Source: Desulfotalea psychrophila LSv54
Lineage (GTDB): Bacteria; Desulfobacterota; Desulfobulbia; Desulfobulbales; Desulfocapsaceae
Assembly: GCF_000025945.1 (NCBI RefSeq)
Contig: NC_006138.1
Coordinates: 2,550,001 to 2,582,000 of the forward strand
Direction of reading: 5' to 3'
DNA: 32,000 nucleotides
Below are positions 1-9,092 of the stretch, piece by piece (the stretch's first letter is position 1; each line of letters opens with the position of its first letter). The notes below the pieces were generated by a model. It saw nothing but the letters and a program-made list of their open reading frames with translations, searched no databases and was not told the DNA's origin. A program made the position numbers and the translations under genes.

Positions 1-2
1 AG

Positions 3-662
3 GCCCTTATTTGGGACAGAGATGGTCTCAGTCTCTGCAGTATATCTGCAAAGGATGGTTCTCATGCTAAATTACTCTATATCGATTTTATGGGTGGTAA
101 AAATGGCTATCGGCATGCAAACGACTGCACCACAAGGCAACCAATTGCCAAGGCTGTTGGCATCAAGCCCGGTTTTCGCCCCACTGTTTTTGATGCAACT
201 GCGGGGATGGGAGGAGATGGTTTTGTTCTTGCCTGCCTCGGTTGCAGGGTCACCCTCTGCGAGAGATCGCCCATAATGTATACCCTCTTGCAAGACGGTA
301 TTGAGCGGGCCAGACAGGATAGTGTTATGAATAAGATCATGGCAAACCTTGATCTTATTCATAACAACAGCAAGCAGTTCCTAGAAAACCATGGAACGAA
401 TTACCACACCATCTATATGGATCCCATGTACCCCCATAAAAAAAAATCGGCTCTTAATAAAAAAGAGATGCGGGTTATACGTGATCTTGTCGGTGATGAT
501 AATGACAGTGATAATCTACTGGAGACGGCGCTCACTGTTGCTGGGAACCGAGTGGTAGTCAAGCGTCCCAAAGGAGCGCCCTACATAGAAGAGAGAAAAC
601 CACACCATGAAATAACCATGAAAAACAGCAGATTTGATGTCTACTTAACCTCCTACTTATGA
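3..662 (+). CDS. rsmJ: 16S rRNA (guanine1516-N2)-methyltransferase RsmJ, 5' end outside window
   Basis: The frame is open from base 3 and reads ALIWDRDGLSL...LLYIDFMGGKNGYRH...AVGIKPGFRPTVFDATAGMGGDGFVLACLGCRV...YMDPMYP, as in the RsmJ/UPF0341 family. The ATG at 90 is probably internal because family-like sequence continues upstream. Confidence 0.88.
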   Translation, partial: ALIWDRDGLSLCSISAKDGSHAKLLYIDFMGGKNGYRHANDCTTRQPIAKAVGIKPGFRPTVFDATAGMGGDGFVLACLGCRVTLCERSPIMYTLLQDGIERARQDSVMNKIMANLDLIHNNSKQFLENHGTNYHTIYMDPMYPHKKKSALNKKEMRVIRDLVGDDNDSDNLLETALTVAGNRVVVKRPKGAPYIEERKPHHEITMKNSRFDVYLTSYL

Positions 663-1114
663 TATTTTTCGCCGGCCTTTATGGTGTAGGCCCTATAGAG
701 CTGCTCGACTAAGAGAAGACGAACCATATCGTGGGTAAAGGTCATTTTAGAAAAGGAGAGGCGCAGATCAGCCCTGGCAAGGAGACTGGGAGAAAGCCCT
801 AAGGGACCACCGATAAGGTAGCAGACACTTCTGGTCCCAGTATTTTCCCAATTAATCACCTGCTCAGCAAGTCCCTCGGAACTGAGATTCTTGCCCTGAA
901 CATCAAGGGCAACCACAAAGGCGTTGGCAGGAACATTCGCCAGCAACAGCTCCCCCTCCTGCTCTGTGCTGAGCAAAGCACCTTTTTTACCCTTGCCCTT
1001 AAGATAGCGAAGTTCCACTTTAGTATAATGCTGCAAACGCTTCAAATATTCCTCTACGCCTTCGGCAATAAAAGAGTCCTTTATCTTACCGAGTAAGAGT
1101 ATTTCGTGTTTCAT
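653..1114 (-). CDS. rlmH: 23S rRNA (pseudouridine1915-N3)-methyltransferase RlmH
   Basis: MKHEILLLGKIKD...VALDVQGKNLSSEGLA...CYLIGGPLGLSPSL...SFSKMTFTHDMVRLLLVEQLYRAYTIKAGEKYHK is characteristic of the RlmH/SPOUT family. It overlaps rsmJ tail-to-tail by 10 bp. Confidence 0.95.
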   Translation of the reverse strand: MKHEILLLGKIKDSFIAEGVEEYLKRLQHYTKVELRYLKGKGKKGALLSTEQEGELLLANVPANAFVVALDVQGKNLSSEGLAEQVINWENTGTRSVCYLIGGPLGLSPSLLARADLRLSFSKMTFTHDMVRLLLVEQLYRAYTIKAGEKYHK

Positions 1115-1168
1115 AATTTTATTGTGATCTGAGAAAATAAGGCTATAAAAAAGCTAGATAGACAGTAG

Positions 1169-1558
1169 CTAGTTGGAAACAGAGGCAAGGTACTGGCGCA
1201 GCAGACCTGAAAAATCCGCATAGGAGTACTCTTTGTTAAGACCTGGACAAGACTCAGCGATGGTTATAAAATTTGCCTCATCGACAAGAATAGCTGGGTG
1301 CAAAGGCCATTGACGACATCTCCAAGGACGTCCCTCATGCACCTCACAGCCCTCTGAGCTAAAAAAAATACAGTGTCCATCAACTGTTTTCATTTGTACC
1401 TCACCAGCAGTCACACGCAGAAAACGTTCAAACATCTCTGAGCGTGATATACCAAGGGCACTCTGCATCCTTTCCTGGTCATCCTTATCAAGGGATACCG
1501 TAGACTCCCCCTGACAACAAAAGCCACATCTGGCGCATGCAAATATTTCTTCTCGCAA
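1169..1558 (-). CDS. YkgJ-family cysteine cluster protein (putative zinc/iron-chelating)
   Basis: Motif CARCGFCCQGE...CIFFSSEGCEVHEGRPWRCRQWPLHP. Confidence 0.85.
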   Translation of the reverse strand: MREEIFACARCGFCCQGESTVSLDKDDQERMQSALGISRSEMFERFLRVTAGEVQMKTVDGHCIFFSSEGCEVHEGRPWRCRQWPLHPAILVDEANFITIAESCPGLNKEYSYADFSGLLRQYLASVSN

Positions 1559-1630
1559 AGCTACTCACCCCACTATTTGATTTTTACTGAAGAACTCTTC
1601 ATTAAACAGCAGGCTATCCTACACTAAAAA

Positions 1631-2203
1631 TCAAGCATACCCAAGATTTTCATTAAAGGTGGTAATATCTATGCCATAGTAGGCGGCGGCAGCCTTCCAT
1701 TTTTCTCCGTCTGGCAAATCAAATATCACCTGTTCATCACCCGGCACAACAAGCCAGCTATTATCCCGTAACTCCAACTCCAACTGCCCGGATTCCCAGC
1801 CGACATAACCGACCAAGAAGAGATAATTGCGGGAACTGTTCTCCCCTACAACCAATTCGAGTAACTCTTTTTCTCGACTGAGGGAAATATTATCGGTGAT
1901 ATCTATGTGATTACCCTCATAGGGATGGGATCGATAGAGAACAAAGGCAGCATCGAGGGAAACAGGTCCGCCAATATAAACGGAGGGAAGCTCTGCCCTG
2001 GAAACCTCCATACCCATTTCCCGCAAAACCTGGGCAAAGCTGAGATTACAATCTGGTTTATTTATAACAAGGCCCAAGGCCCCATTGCTGTTATGAGAAC
2101 AGACATAGACCACCTGTCCCGCAAAACGAGAATCGGGCATCTGTAGAGTCGAAACAAGAAAATAGCCGGCAAGACTATTGGTGCTTTTGATAGTATTTCT
2201 CAT
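1631..2203 (-). CDS. YqgE/AlgH family protein (UPF0301)
   Basis: SLAGYFLVSTLQMPDSRFAGQVVYVCSHNSNGALGLVINKP...YIGGPVSLDAAFVLYR...GYVGWESGQLELELRDNSWLV matches the YqgE family pattern. Confidence 0.92.
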   Translation of the reverse strand: MRNTIKSTNSLAGYFLVSTLQMPDSRFAGQVVYVCSHNSNGALGLVINKPDCNLSFAQVLREMGMEVSRAELPSVYIGGPVSLDAAFVLYRSHPYEGNHIDITDNISLSREKELLELVVGENSSRNYLFLVGYVGWESGQLELELRDNSWLVVPGDEQVIFDLPDGEKWKAAAAYYGIDITTFNENLGYA

Positions 2204-2337
2204 AATAACCTGTAGGTGAATTTACTAAAACTTTTGGGTCATACTATCAAATTTCTCTTGGCATGGTCAAGCGGTAGCGTGCAATCACTGCCAAACATGG
2301 AGGGCAGAAGAAGAGGCATGTGAAAAATATTAAACAA

Positions 2338-3150
2338 CTATTTCGGAACCTTCGGCGGAGCAAGATTATCGGGGGCATCGGCAGGAAGAAGAGATGTGCC
2401 ATACTTCTCAACCTGATAGTATTCATGTAATTTTGCATATTTAAGAAATGCATAATGCGCCATAATAACAGAACCAATAAATCCAGCACTGCCATTGAGA
2501 AAACCACGCTTAAAAACATAGGACTGCAAAAAAGTCCAAGCAGGATAAAAGAGACACATTAAAAGGGGATGCTTCTTACCCTTTGCAACTTTCTCCTCCA
2601 CCATTCCCGAAGAGTAGGCATTTATCCTTGCCTCCTTAGCATGAATATTCACCTCGCCATAGTGATAAAATGGATGGCGCATCTGCCCCACCGTGCCATG
2701 AACCTCAGGATCTGCATGCACGGCATCATCACTTAGGGCACCGGCAAGTCTGCGAAAAAGCCTTAACTGGTAGTTAAAACCGGAATATGGACTGCTCATT
2801 ACCCAAAAAAGTTGCTCCTGACGAGGCAATTTATAACCATCATGGCCTGACTCAGTGGTGAGCATCCCCTGAATTTCTTTTGCCAATGCCGGAGTAACCT
2901 CCTCATCTGCATCGAGGAGCAATGCCCATTCACAGCTTATTTTTTCCAGGGCAGATTGCTTCTGTGGACCATATCCTAAAAATTCATGCTGAAATATTTT
3001 TGCCCCATAGGACTCCGCTATCGACACGGTGCTATCGGTACTGTACGAATCAAGAACAACAATTTCATCAGCCCACTGCACACTCTTCAGACAATTTGCC
3101 AACGTTTTTTCATTATTAAAAGTTGTTACAAAAGCAGATATTGTTTTCAT
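2338..3150 (-). CDS. Glycosyltransferase family 2, WaaE/KdtX-like (LPS core biosynthesis type)
   Basis: MKTISAFVTTFNNEKTLANCLKSVQWADEIVVLDSYSTDSTVSIAESYGAKIFQHEF...WALLLDADEEVTPAL; GT-A fold with a DAD motif. Confidence 0.85.
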   Translation of the reverse strand: MKTISAFVTTFNNEKTLANCLKSVQWADEIVVLDSYSTDSTVSIAESYGAKIFQHEFLGYGPQKQSALEKISCEWALLLDADEEVTPALAKEIQGMLTTESGHDGYKLPRQEQLFWVMSSPYSGFNYQLRLFRRLAGALSDDAVHADPEVHGTVGQMRHPFYHYGEVNIHAKEARINAYSSGMVEEKVAKGKKHPLLMCLFYPAWTFLQSYVFKRGFLNGSAGFIGSVIMAHYAFLKYAKLHEYYQVEKYGTSLLPADAPDNLAPPKVPK

Positions 3151-3507
3151 TTTTTTGTTAAAAAATTTTGAAGGGAAACGATTAGATGAAGCCTTCCTCT
3201 ATTGACTCCAACGGGAAAACAGATGAACAGTCAGGCAGATAAACTCCAGCAAAGAGGCTCTCCCTTTTAAGAGTTCAAATCTACCTAAAAAATATTTTTA
3301 ACACAACTTCTTTAACCCCCAAAAAAAGAGAATAAGGGCAAGCTCATCCCAGATTTTTAAGGGGTAAAAATGTACCGCCAAGACTGCAAACATGTTATAT
3401 TTAGCTATTTATAATCAAACTCAGAAAAAGTCTCTGATCCTAGCATGGAAATATGTTTAACCATAAGATACTCAACTCCGTGCCTTTCGCATAACAACAG
3501 ATAAAAC

Positions 3508-4563
3508 ATGAAAATACTTATAACAGGCGGTGCGGGCTTTATTGGGTCGGCAGTTATACGCCATATTATTCAAAACACCAATGACAGTGTTATAAATCTT
3601 TGACAACTCACCTATGCCGGCAACCTAGAATCTCTCAGCGAGATAGAGAAAAGCCCTCGCTACTCCTTTGCCCAGGTTGACATATGAGAAGCCACCTCGC
3701 TGAACGATCTCTTTACAAAAACACAGCCTGATGCGGTGATGCACCTTGCCGCCGAGAGTCATGTGGACAGATCCATTGATGGACCAAAAGATTTTATTGA
3801 AACCAATATTGTCGGGACCTGCAACCTCTTAGAGGCGACACGACAGCATTGGCTGACACTGGCAATAGCCGATCGGAATAAATTTCGTTTTCACCATATC
3901 TCCACCGATGAAGTTTATGGGGACCTGAAAAAAGATGATCCCGCCTTCTGTGAAGATAACTCCTATGCGCCCAGCAGCCCCTATTCGGCCTCCAAGGCCT
4001 CAAGTGATCATCTGGTCCGTGCCTGGCATCGCACCTACGGGCTCCCAGTTGTAATCAGTAACTGTTCAAACAACTACGGACCATTTCAGTTCCCTGAAAA
4101 GCTCATCCCTCTGGTTATACTCAATGCCCTGGAGGGAAAGAAAATTCCTGTCTATGGCACCGGAGAACAGATTCGTGACTGGCTCTATGTGGAGGATCAC
4201 GCTCGGGCTCTCTATGCCGTCCTCAGCAGGGGAAAAGTAGGGGATACCTACAATATTGGTGGTCATAATGAAAAAACTAATATTGAGGTCATAGAGACCA
4301 TCTGTCAACTTTTACAGGAAATAATCCCAGGTAAATCTTCGAATTATTTGGATCTTATCTCTCATGTAGAGGACCGGCCAGGCCATGATCTCCGCTATGC
4401 CATCGATGCAACTAAAATCAGCACGGATTTAGACTGGCGCCCCCAGGAAACCTTTGAAACAGGTCTACGCAAGACCGTAACCTGGTACGTAAATAATAAA
4501 AAATGGTGGATGCGAGTTCTTGATGGATCCTATAATCGCAATCGTCTTGGCCTAAAAGGTTAA
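3508..4563 (+). CDS. rmlB: dTDP-glucose 4,6-dehydratase (RmlB/RfbB), interrupted by two in-frame TGA codons (3601-3603, 3685-3687); possible pseudogene or sequence errors
   Basis: The translation from ATG 3508 is [91 protein letters not shown].... The same frame continues into the 3736..4563 ORF. The RmlB motifs [15 protein letters not shown] and YSASKA are present. Confidence 0.88.
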
Positions 4564-4567
4564 CTTT

Positions 4568-5476
4568 ATGAAAGGTATTATTCTTGCCGGAGGCTCGGGG
4601 ACACGACTGCACCCCATCACCCGAGGTGTCTCCAAACAGCTACTGCCGGTTTATGATAAGCCGATGATCTACTACCCGCTCTCAACCCTTATGTTAGCAG
4701 GTATCCGTGAGGTATTGATTATTACCACCCCCGAAGACAATGCCAACTTCAGGCGTCTTCTGGGCAGCGGCGAACAGTTAGGGATAAGCATTCAATATGC
4801 AATACAGCCAAGCCCGGATGGTTTAGCTCAGGCCTTCATCATAGGTGAAGAGTTCATCAATAAGGAGAGGTGTTGCCTTATTCTGGGTGATAATATCTTC
4901 TATGGGCAATCATTTACCCGCACCCTGCAGCAGGCAATGAATCGCCCCCATGGTGCGACCATATTCAGTTACCACGTCAAAGATCCACAACGTTTTGGCG
5001 TCGTCGATTTTGACCAAAATTTCCAAGCCCTCTCTATTGAAGAGAAACCCGCCAAGCCAAAGTCCAGCTGGGCTGTGACAGGACTCTATTTTTACGATGA
5101 GCGAGTGGTGGATTTTGCAAAACAGATAAGCCCATCCTCTCGTGGCGAATTGGAGATAACCTGCCTCAACCAAATGTACTTAAAAGACCAGTCCCTTTAT
5201 GTCGAATTACTTGGACGAGGATTTGCCTGGCTCGACACGGGAACCCACGAGAGCCTGCAACAGGCATCATCCTTTGTCCAGACCATTGAAAATGTTCAAG
5301 GAAAACAGGTGGCCTGCCTCGAAGAAATTGCCTGGAACAATGGTTGGATAAGCGACGACCAGATGCTTCATCTTGCACAACCGATGCTAAAAAACGATTA
5401 TGGCAAATATCTACAGTCTCTGGTCACTGAAAAAAATCTGCGTCGTACCTTAAACTCTGGGAAAAAGGAACTGTAA
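4568..5476 (+). CDS. rmlA: Glucose-1-phosphate thymidylyltransferase
   Basis: [97 protein letters not shown] is a textbook RmlA sequence. Confidence 0.98.
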   Translation: MKGIILAGGSGTRLHPITRGVSKQLLPVYDKPMIYYPLSTLMLAGIREVLIITTPEDNANFRRLLGSGEQLGISIQYAIQPSPDGLAQAFIIGEEFINKERCCLILGDNIFYGQSFTRTLQQAMNRPHGATIFSYHVKDPQRFGVVDFDQNFQALSIEEKPAKPKSSWAVTGLYFYDERVVDFAKQISPSSRGELEITCLNQMYLKDQSLYVELLGRGFAWLDTGTHESLQQASSFVQTIENVQGKQVACLEEIAWNNGWISDDQMLHLAQPMLKNDYGKYLQSLVTEKNLRRTLNSGKKEL

Positions 5477-6372
5477 TGAGGATACTGGTAACAGGAAGCG
5501 GGGGCCAGGTGGGCAAATGCCTCTGCCGGCAGCTGAGCGGAAAGGTTGAGCTGCTGACAACCAATCGATCTGAGTTGGATATCACCTGCCAGAAGGCCGT
5601 TCTAAAAACCGTGACCGGTTTTCAGCCGGACATCATCATCAACGCCACGGGTTATACGGCCGTTGACTTAGCCGAGGAAAATTCTGAAGAGGCATACAGG
5701 GTCAATCAGGACGGAGCAAAATTTCTTGGTCAGGCGGCAACGGCAGTAGGCGCTGCCCTCCTGCACATCTCAACGGACTATGTCTTTTCCGGTGAGAAAA
5801 GCAGAGATGAGAGCTATAGCGAAGGGGAAGAACCAGGGCCCCTTGGCGTATATGGCAAAAGCAAACTCGCAGGTGAGAAGGCCGTAGCTAATACTTGCAA
5901 GAGGCACATCATACTGCGTACCTCTTGGGTTTTCTCAGAATACGGGAGGAATTTTGTCAAAACAATGATAGCCCTTGGCCAAAAACACGACTCTCTCAGT
6001 ATCGTCTCTGACCAATATGGTGGCCCAACCTACGCCGGAGACATTGCCTCAGCCCTGATCACTATTGCCGAAAAAATATCAGATGAAAATTTCTGCCAGT
6101 GGGGTCTCTACCACTTCGCTGGGCAGCCCTTTATGAACTGGTCAGGTTTTGCCAAGGTAATTTTTTCCGAAGCTGAAAGAGAGAACCTACTGCCTGCAGA
6201 ACCTGTGATAAATAATGTCAGCTCAGAGCAATACCCCAGCCTTGCGAAAAGACCCGGAAACTCTCAGCTCGACACCAGCAAACTGACAGCACAATTCGGT
6301 ATCTCTCCCTCTGATTGGCAGCAGGCCCTGAGAGAGATCATAAAATTCTTTGCCTCTAAAAAACAGATATGA
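5476..6372 (+). CDS. rmlD: dTDP-4-dehydrorhamnose reductase
   Basis: [16 protein letters not shown]...NATGYTAVDLAEENSEEAYRVN...ISTDYVFSGEKS...GVYGKSKLAGE. Start overlaps the rmlA stop (TAATG). Confidence 0.96.
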   Translation: MRILVTGSGGQVGKCLCRQLSGKVELLTTNRSELDITCQKAVLKTVTGFQPDIIINATGYTAVDLAEENSEEAYRVNQDGAKFLGQAATAVGAALLHISTDYVFSGEKSRDESYSEGEEPGPLGVYGKSKLAGEKAVANTCKRHIILRTSWVFSEYGRNFVKTMIALGQKHDSLSIVSDQYGGPTYAGDIASALITIAEKISDENFCQWGLYHFAGQPFMNWSGFAKVIFSEAERENLLPAEPVINNVSSEQYPSLAKRPGNSQLDTSKLTAQFGISPSDWQQALREIIKFFASKKQI

Positions 6373-6923
6373 ATATCATACAAACGAAGATCCCTGAACT
6401 TGTTATTATCGAGCCCAGAGTTTTTGCGGATGCCCGTGGCTTCTTTATGGAAACCTGGCAGCAGAAAAAATTTGATGAACTCATTGGGCCCCAGACCTTT
6501 GTTCAGGAAAATCACTCAAAATCAAGTGCCGGTATCCTGCGGGGCCTACACTATCAGGAAAAAAATACCCAAGGGAAACTGGTACGTATCGTTATCGGTG
6601 AGGTGTTTGATGTGGCCGTTGATATTCGTAAAGATTCTAATACGTTTGGCCAGTGGGTGGGAGTCCTGCTTTCTGCTGAAAACAAACGTCAATTCTGGAT
6701 TCCGAAGGGTTTTGCCCATGGATTCTATGTCATAAGCCAGGAGGCAGATTTTGTCTATAAATGCACCGACTACTATAATCCACAGGCCGAACGAACAATT
6801 CTTTGGAATGACCCCGACCTGGCAATAGATTGGCCTCTCAAGACTCCTCCCCAACTCTCCGAGAAAGATCAAAGCGGAATGCCCTTCAGCCAGATAAGTC
6901 CGCTCGATGTATCTCATGACTAA
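6369..6923 (+). CDS. rmlC: dTDP-4-dehydrorhamnose 3,5-epimerase
   Basis: IPELVIIEPRVFADARGFFMETWQQKKF...QENHSKSSAGILRGLHYQ...QGKLVRIVIGEVFDVAVDIRKDS. Confidence 0.97.
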   Translation: MNIIQTKIPELVIIEPRVFADARGFFMETWQQKKFDELIGPQTFVQENHSKSSAGILRGLHYQEKNTQGKLVRIVIGEVFDVAVDIRKDSNTFGQWVGVLLSAENKRQFWIPKGFAHGFYVISQEADFVYKCTDYYNPQAERTILWNDPDLAIDWPLKTPPQLSEKDQSGMPFSQISPLDVSHD

Positions 6924-6939
6924 GGAGTAAAAAGCCTAC

Positions 6940-6984
6940 CAGGCAATGTGGCCCTAACGCTGATACCAGGGCTCCACTTGCCTG
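6940..6984 (-). terminator. Possible terminator of the GT4 gene in the rmlC/GT4 convergent gap
   Basis: Imperfect nested stem CAGGCAA...GCCCT...AGGGC...TTGCCTG. On the minus strand it is followed at short distance by CTTTTTA. Confidence 0.45.
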
Positions 6985-6998
6985 CCTGCAGGTAAAAT

Positions 6999-8129
6999 TT
7001 ACTTCACTATAGCATGGTAGAGTTCAATACTTTTATTGTACATAACATCTACTGTGAAGTTTTCCTCCACCCGAAGCCGCCCCAGAGCACCCCGACGTTC
7101 ACGTTCCTCCCGATCCTCCAAGGCTTCCTTGAGGGCCTGGCCCATGCCCTCACTATCAAGGGGAGGGACGAGCCAACCTGTTTTCCCCGGCTGAACAATC
7201 TCCAAACTACCACCATGAGCCGTTGCCACCACGGGCTTTGCCATGGCCATGGCCTCAATGGTCACCTTGCCAAAGGCTTCGGCATGCGTCGATGAGGCAG
7301 AAACAACAATATCACTGAGCTGAAAGGCCGCAGGCATATCCTTACAGTGACCGGCGAGAATAACCTTGCTGGCCAGACCATGACTCTTGATCTTCTCCTT
7401 AAGGGAGGCTGTATAGCTGTTTTCCGGGACATCACCAATACAGATGGCGAAAAAATTCAGGTCTTTAATCTTGGCTAGAGCATCAATAAATACATCCTGC
7501 CCCTTAAGTCGCGTCATCCGCCCGGCCAGAACAATAATAGGGACGCCTCTTTCCACAAGCCCCCAGGCACGAGCCAAATCAAGAACTCTCTGCTCCGGCA
7601 CCGCCTCCGGCGAAAATTGCTGCGTATCCACCCCACCATAGATAATATCTATTTTATCTGGATCAGTACCATAGCTCTCGATAATATGGTCTTTAATGCT
7701 CTTGGAGACAGCGACAACTCTCTCTCCTCTGGTCATTATCTTTGAATAGCAGTTCACCGAGTGAAAGCCGTGAAAGGTGGTCAAGATAGCCGGTCTTTTC
7801 ACCACAGGCAAAGACTTCCAGGCAAGCCAACCAACCCAGGCCGGCAGGCGGGAACGCAGATGCAAAACATCAACCTTCTCCGTCAACATCAGCCGGCGAA
7901 GCCTGGCAATATTAGGTAGACAACTAAAATTTTTGGACCCTATCCCCGGCCAGGAAAGATGTTCCACCCCGGCCGCAAGCAATCCTTCGACAAGACGTCC
8001 GCCGGTAGAAATGACAATAGATCGATAGCCACGCCGGGCAAGTTCAACGGCAAGATCAAAGGTTTCTCCTTCAACACCACCCTCTTCCATCTCTGGGACA
8101 ATCTGAACTATTGTTAATTTTTTTGACAC
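6999..8129 (-). CDS. Glycosyltransferase family 4 (group 1)
   Basis: KKLTIVQIVPEMEEGGVEGETFDLAVELARRGYRSIVIS...YGGVDTQQFSP...GRMTRLKGQDVFIDAL...VSASSTHAEAFGKVTIEAMAMAKPVVAT. GTG start at 8129 preceded by GGAG; the ORF is open upstream to 8156. Confidence 0.88.
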   Translation of the reverse strand: MSKKLTIVQIVPEMEEGGVEGETFDLAVELARRGYRSIVISTGGRLVEGLLAAGVEHLSWPGIGSKNFSCLPNIARLRRLMLTEKVDVLHLRSRLPAWVGWLAWKSLPVVKRPAILTTFHGFHSVNCYSKIMTRGERVVAVSKSIKDHIIESYGTDPDKIDIIYGGVDTQQFSPEAVPEQRVLDLARAWGLVERGVPIIVLAGRMTRLKGQDVFIDALAKIKDLNFFAICIGDVPENSYTASLKEKIKSHGLASKVILAGHCKDMPAAFQLSDIVVSASSTHAEAFGKVTIEAMAMAKPVVATAHGGSLEIVQPGKTGWLVPPLDSEGMGQALKEALEDREERERRGALGRLRVEENFTVDVMYNKSIELYHAIVK

Positions 8130-9067
8130 AATTTCTCCATAATAAGTCCTGCACATCTCTTTGCTTCATTCAAAACAGTGATTCCCTCTTGCCAGCTATG
8201 CCCCGCCTGCCAGTCGGCAAAGGAGATCACATAATTTTCATCTAAAAGAAACTGTTCACTTTTCTGATACTTGCTCCCCTTTTTTTTCCATTCAACGGGC
8301 AGGAGTCCCACCTGACAACCAGCCGTTAGGGCCTCAAACACCATGGAAATAGAGTCCACCGTTACCCAAACAACGGAACTACAATTATACTGTTCCTCGA
8401 CCCAACCGGCCGGAGTATCTTTATAGTGAAAAAATTCTACCTGGGAAAATTTAGCGGCAAGACCTCTCAGATCGTCTACCGTTTCAGGCGGTGTACGTGG
8501 AGAGGATGAGATAACCCATTGCCTCTCATCCTGGCCAATAAGTTCTTCAATTTGCAGACAGAGCATTTTACTTTGCCAAAAATGACTCTTGAGATCAACT
8601 CCACCGACCAGGATAAGTCCTCTCTTCTGCTCATGACGTTTTTCATCCACGGAACAGTTTGCAGGCCCACAGGTACGTACTATCTGCGGGCCCGGGGCAG
8701 GTCGATCATGGCTCGGAACAAAGCAGAAATTAAAGTATCGCCGTAACCAGGATGCAGGCATCATACAACAGACTGAACTACCACCGCCTGCTCTCTGGGC
8801 CAGAAGAAGAGGAATATGAGTGCGCCGTCCTGTCCCGAGATAGAGATCTGTACAGGAAGAATCGTTTGCCGAACTCCCTCGGGCAAAAAGAAGAGTGAGG
8901 ACATCTTTGCAACCAGTCCACCACCCCCTGCCCCGCACGTCCACAGCAGTGCAATCTACCTCAACTCTTTCTCGCAGGGCATTAACAATACCCATGGTCT
9001 GTTTCTCGTGCCCGGGCCTGCCATCAAGAAAAATAGTTACCCTTATCTTCGCTCTAGTAGAACTCAT
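8114..9067 (-). CDS. Mitochondrial-fission ELM1-like family protein (DUF1022), putative nucleotide-sugar-related protein
   Basis: FLDGRPGHEKQTMGIVNALRER...HIPLLLAQRAGG...FNFCFVPSHDRP...VWVTVDSISMVFEALTAGCQVGLLPVE follows the ELM1/DUF1022 pattern. Confidence 0.7.
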   Translation of the reverse strand: MSSTRAKIRVTIFLDGRPGHEKQTMGIVNALRERVEVDCTAVDVRGRGWWTGCKDVLTLLFARGSSANDSSCTDLYLGTGRRTHIPLLLAQRAGGGSSVCCMMPASWLRRYFNFCFVPSHDRPAPGPQIVRTCGPANCSVDEKRHEQKRGLILVGGVDLKSHFWQSKMLCLQIEELIGQDERQWVISSSPRTPPETVDDLRGLAAKFSQVEFFHYKDTPAGWVEEQYNCSSVVWVTVDSISMVFEALTAGCQVGLLPVEWKKKGSKYQKSEQFLLDENYVISFADWQAGHSWQEGITVLNEAKRCAGLIMEKLCQKN

Positions 9068-9092
9068 TCAACAAATTACCTCTTTACCGAAC

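Noticed and set aside
2270-2281. AGCGGTAGCGTG, 11/12 match to the RfaH-recruiting ops element (GGCGGTAGCGTG) near glycan genes
   Set aside because: It points along the + strand, while the flanking genes here (yqgE, GT2) are on the minus strand. It is more than 1.2 kb upstream of rmlB with an antisense gene in between, so it is probably a chance match.
2247-2519. 90-aa minus-strand ORF (MFLSVVFSMAVLDLLVLLLW...)
   Set aside because: It mostly overlaps the well-supported GT2 coding sequence in another frame, and its hydrophobic composition is typical of a shifted frame. No RBS or family signature was recognised.
3598-3604. Programmed +1 frameshifting (prfB-like CTTTGAC) as the explanation for the first rmlB TGA
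   Set aside because: The +1 frame stops at 3626 and downstream homology is in frame 0. No upstream SD-like stimulator was seen.
3685-3720. Selenocysteine at the second rmlB TGA
   Set aside because: It aligns with a Cys position, but I could not find a convincing SECIS stem-loop directly 3'. The first TGA at an Asp position cannot be explained this way, and no selenium-dependent role is known for RmlB.
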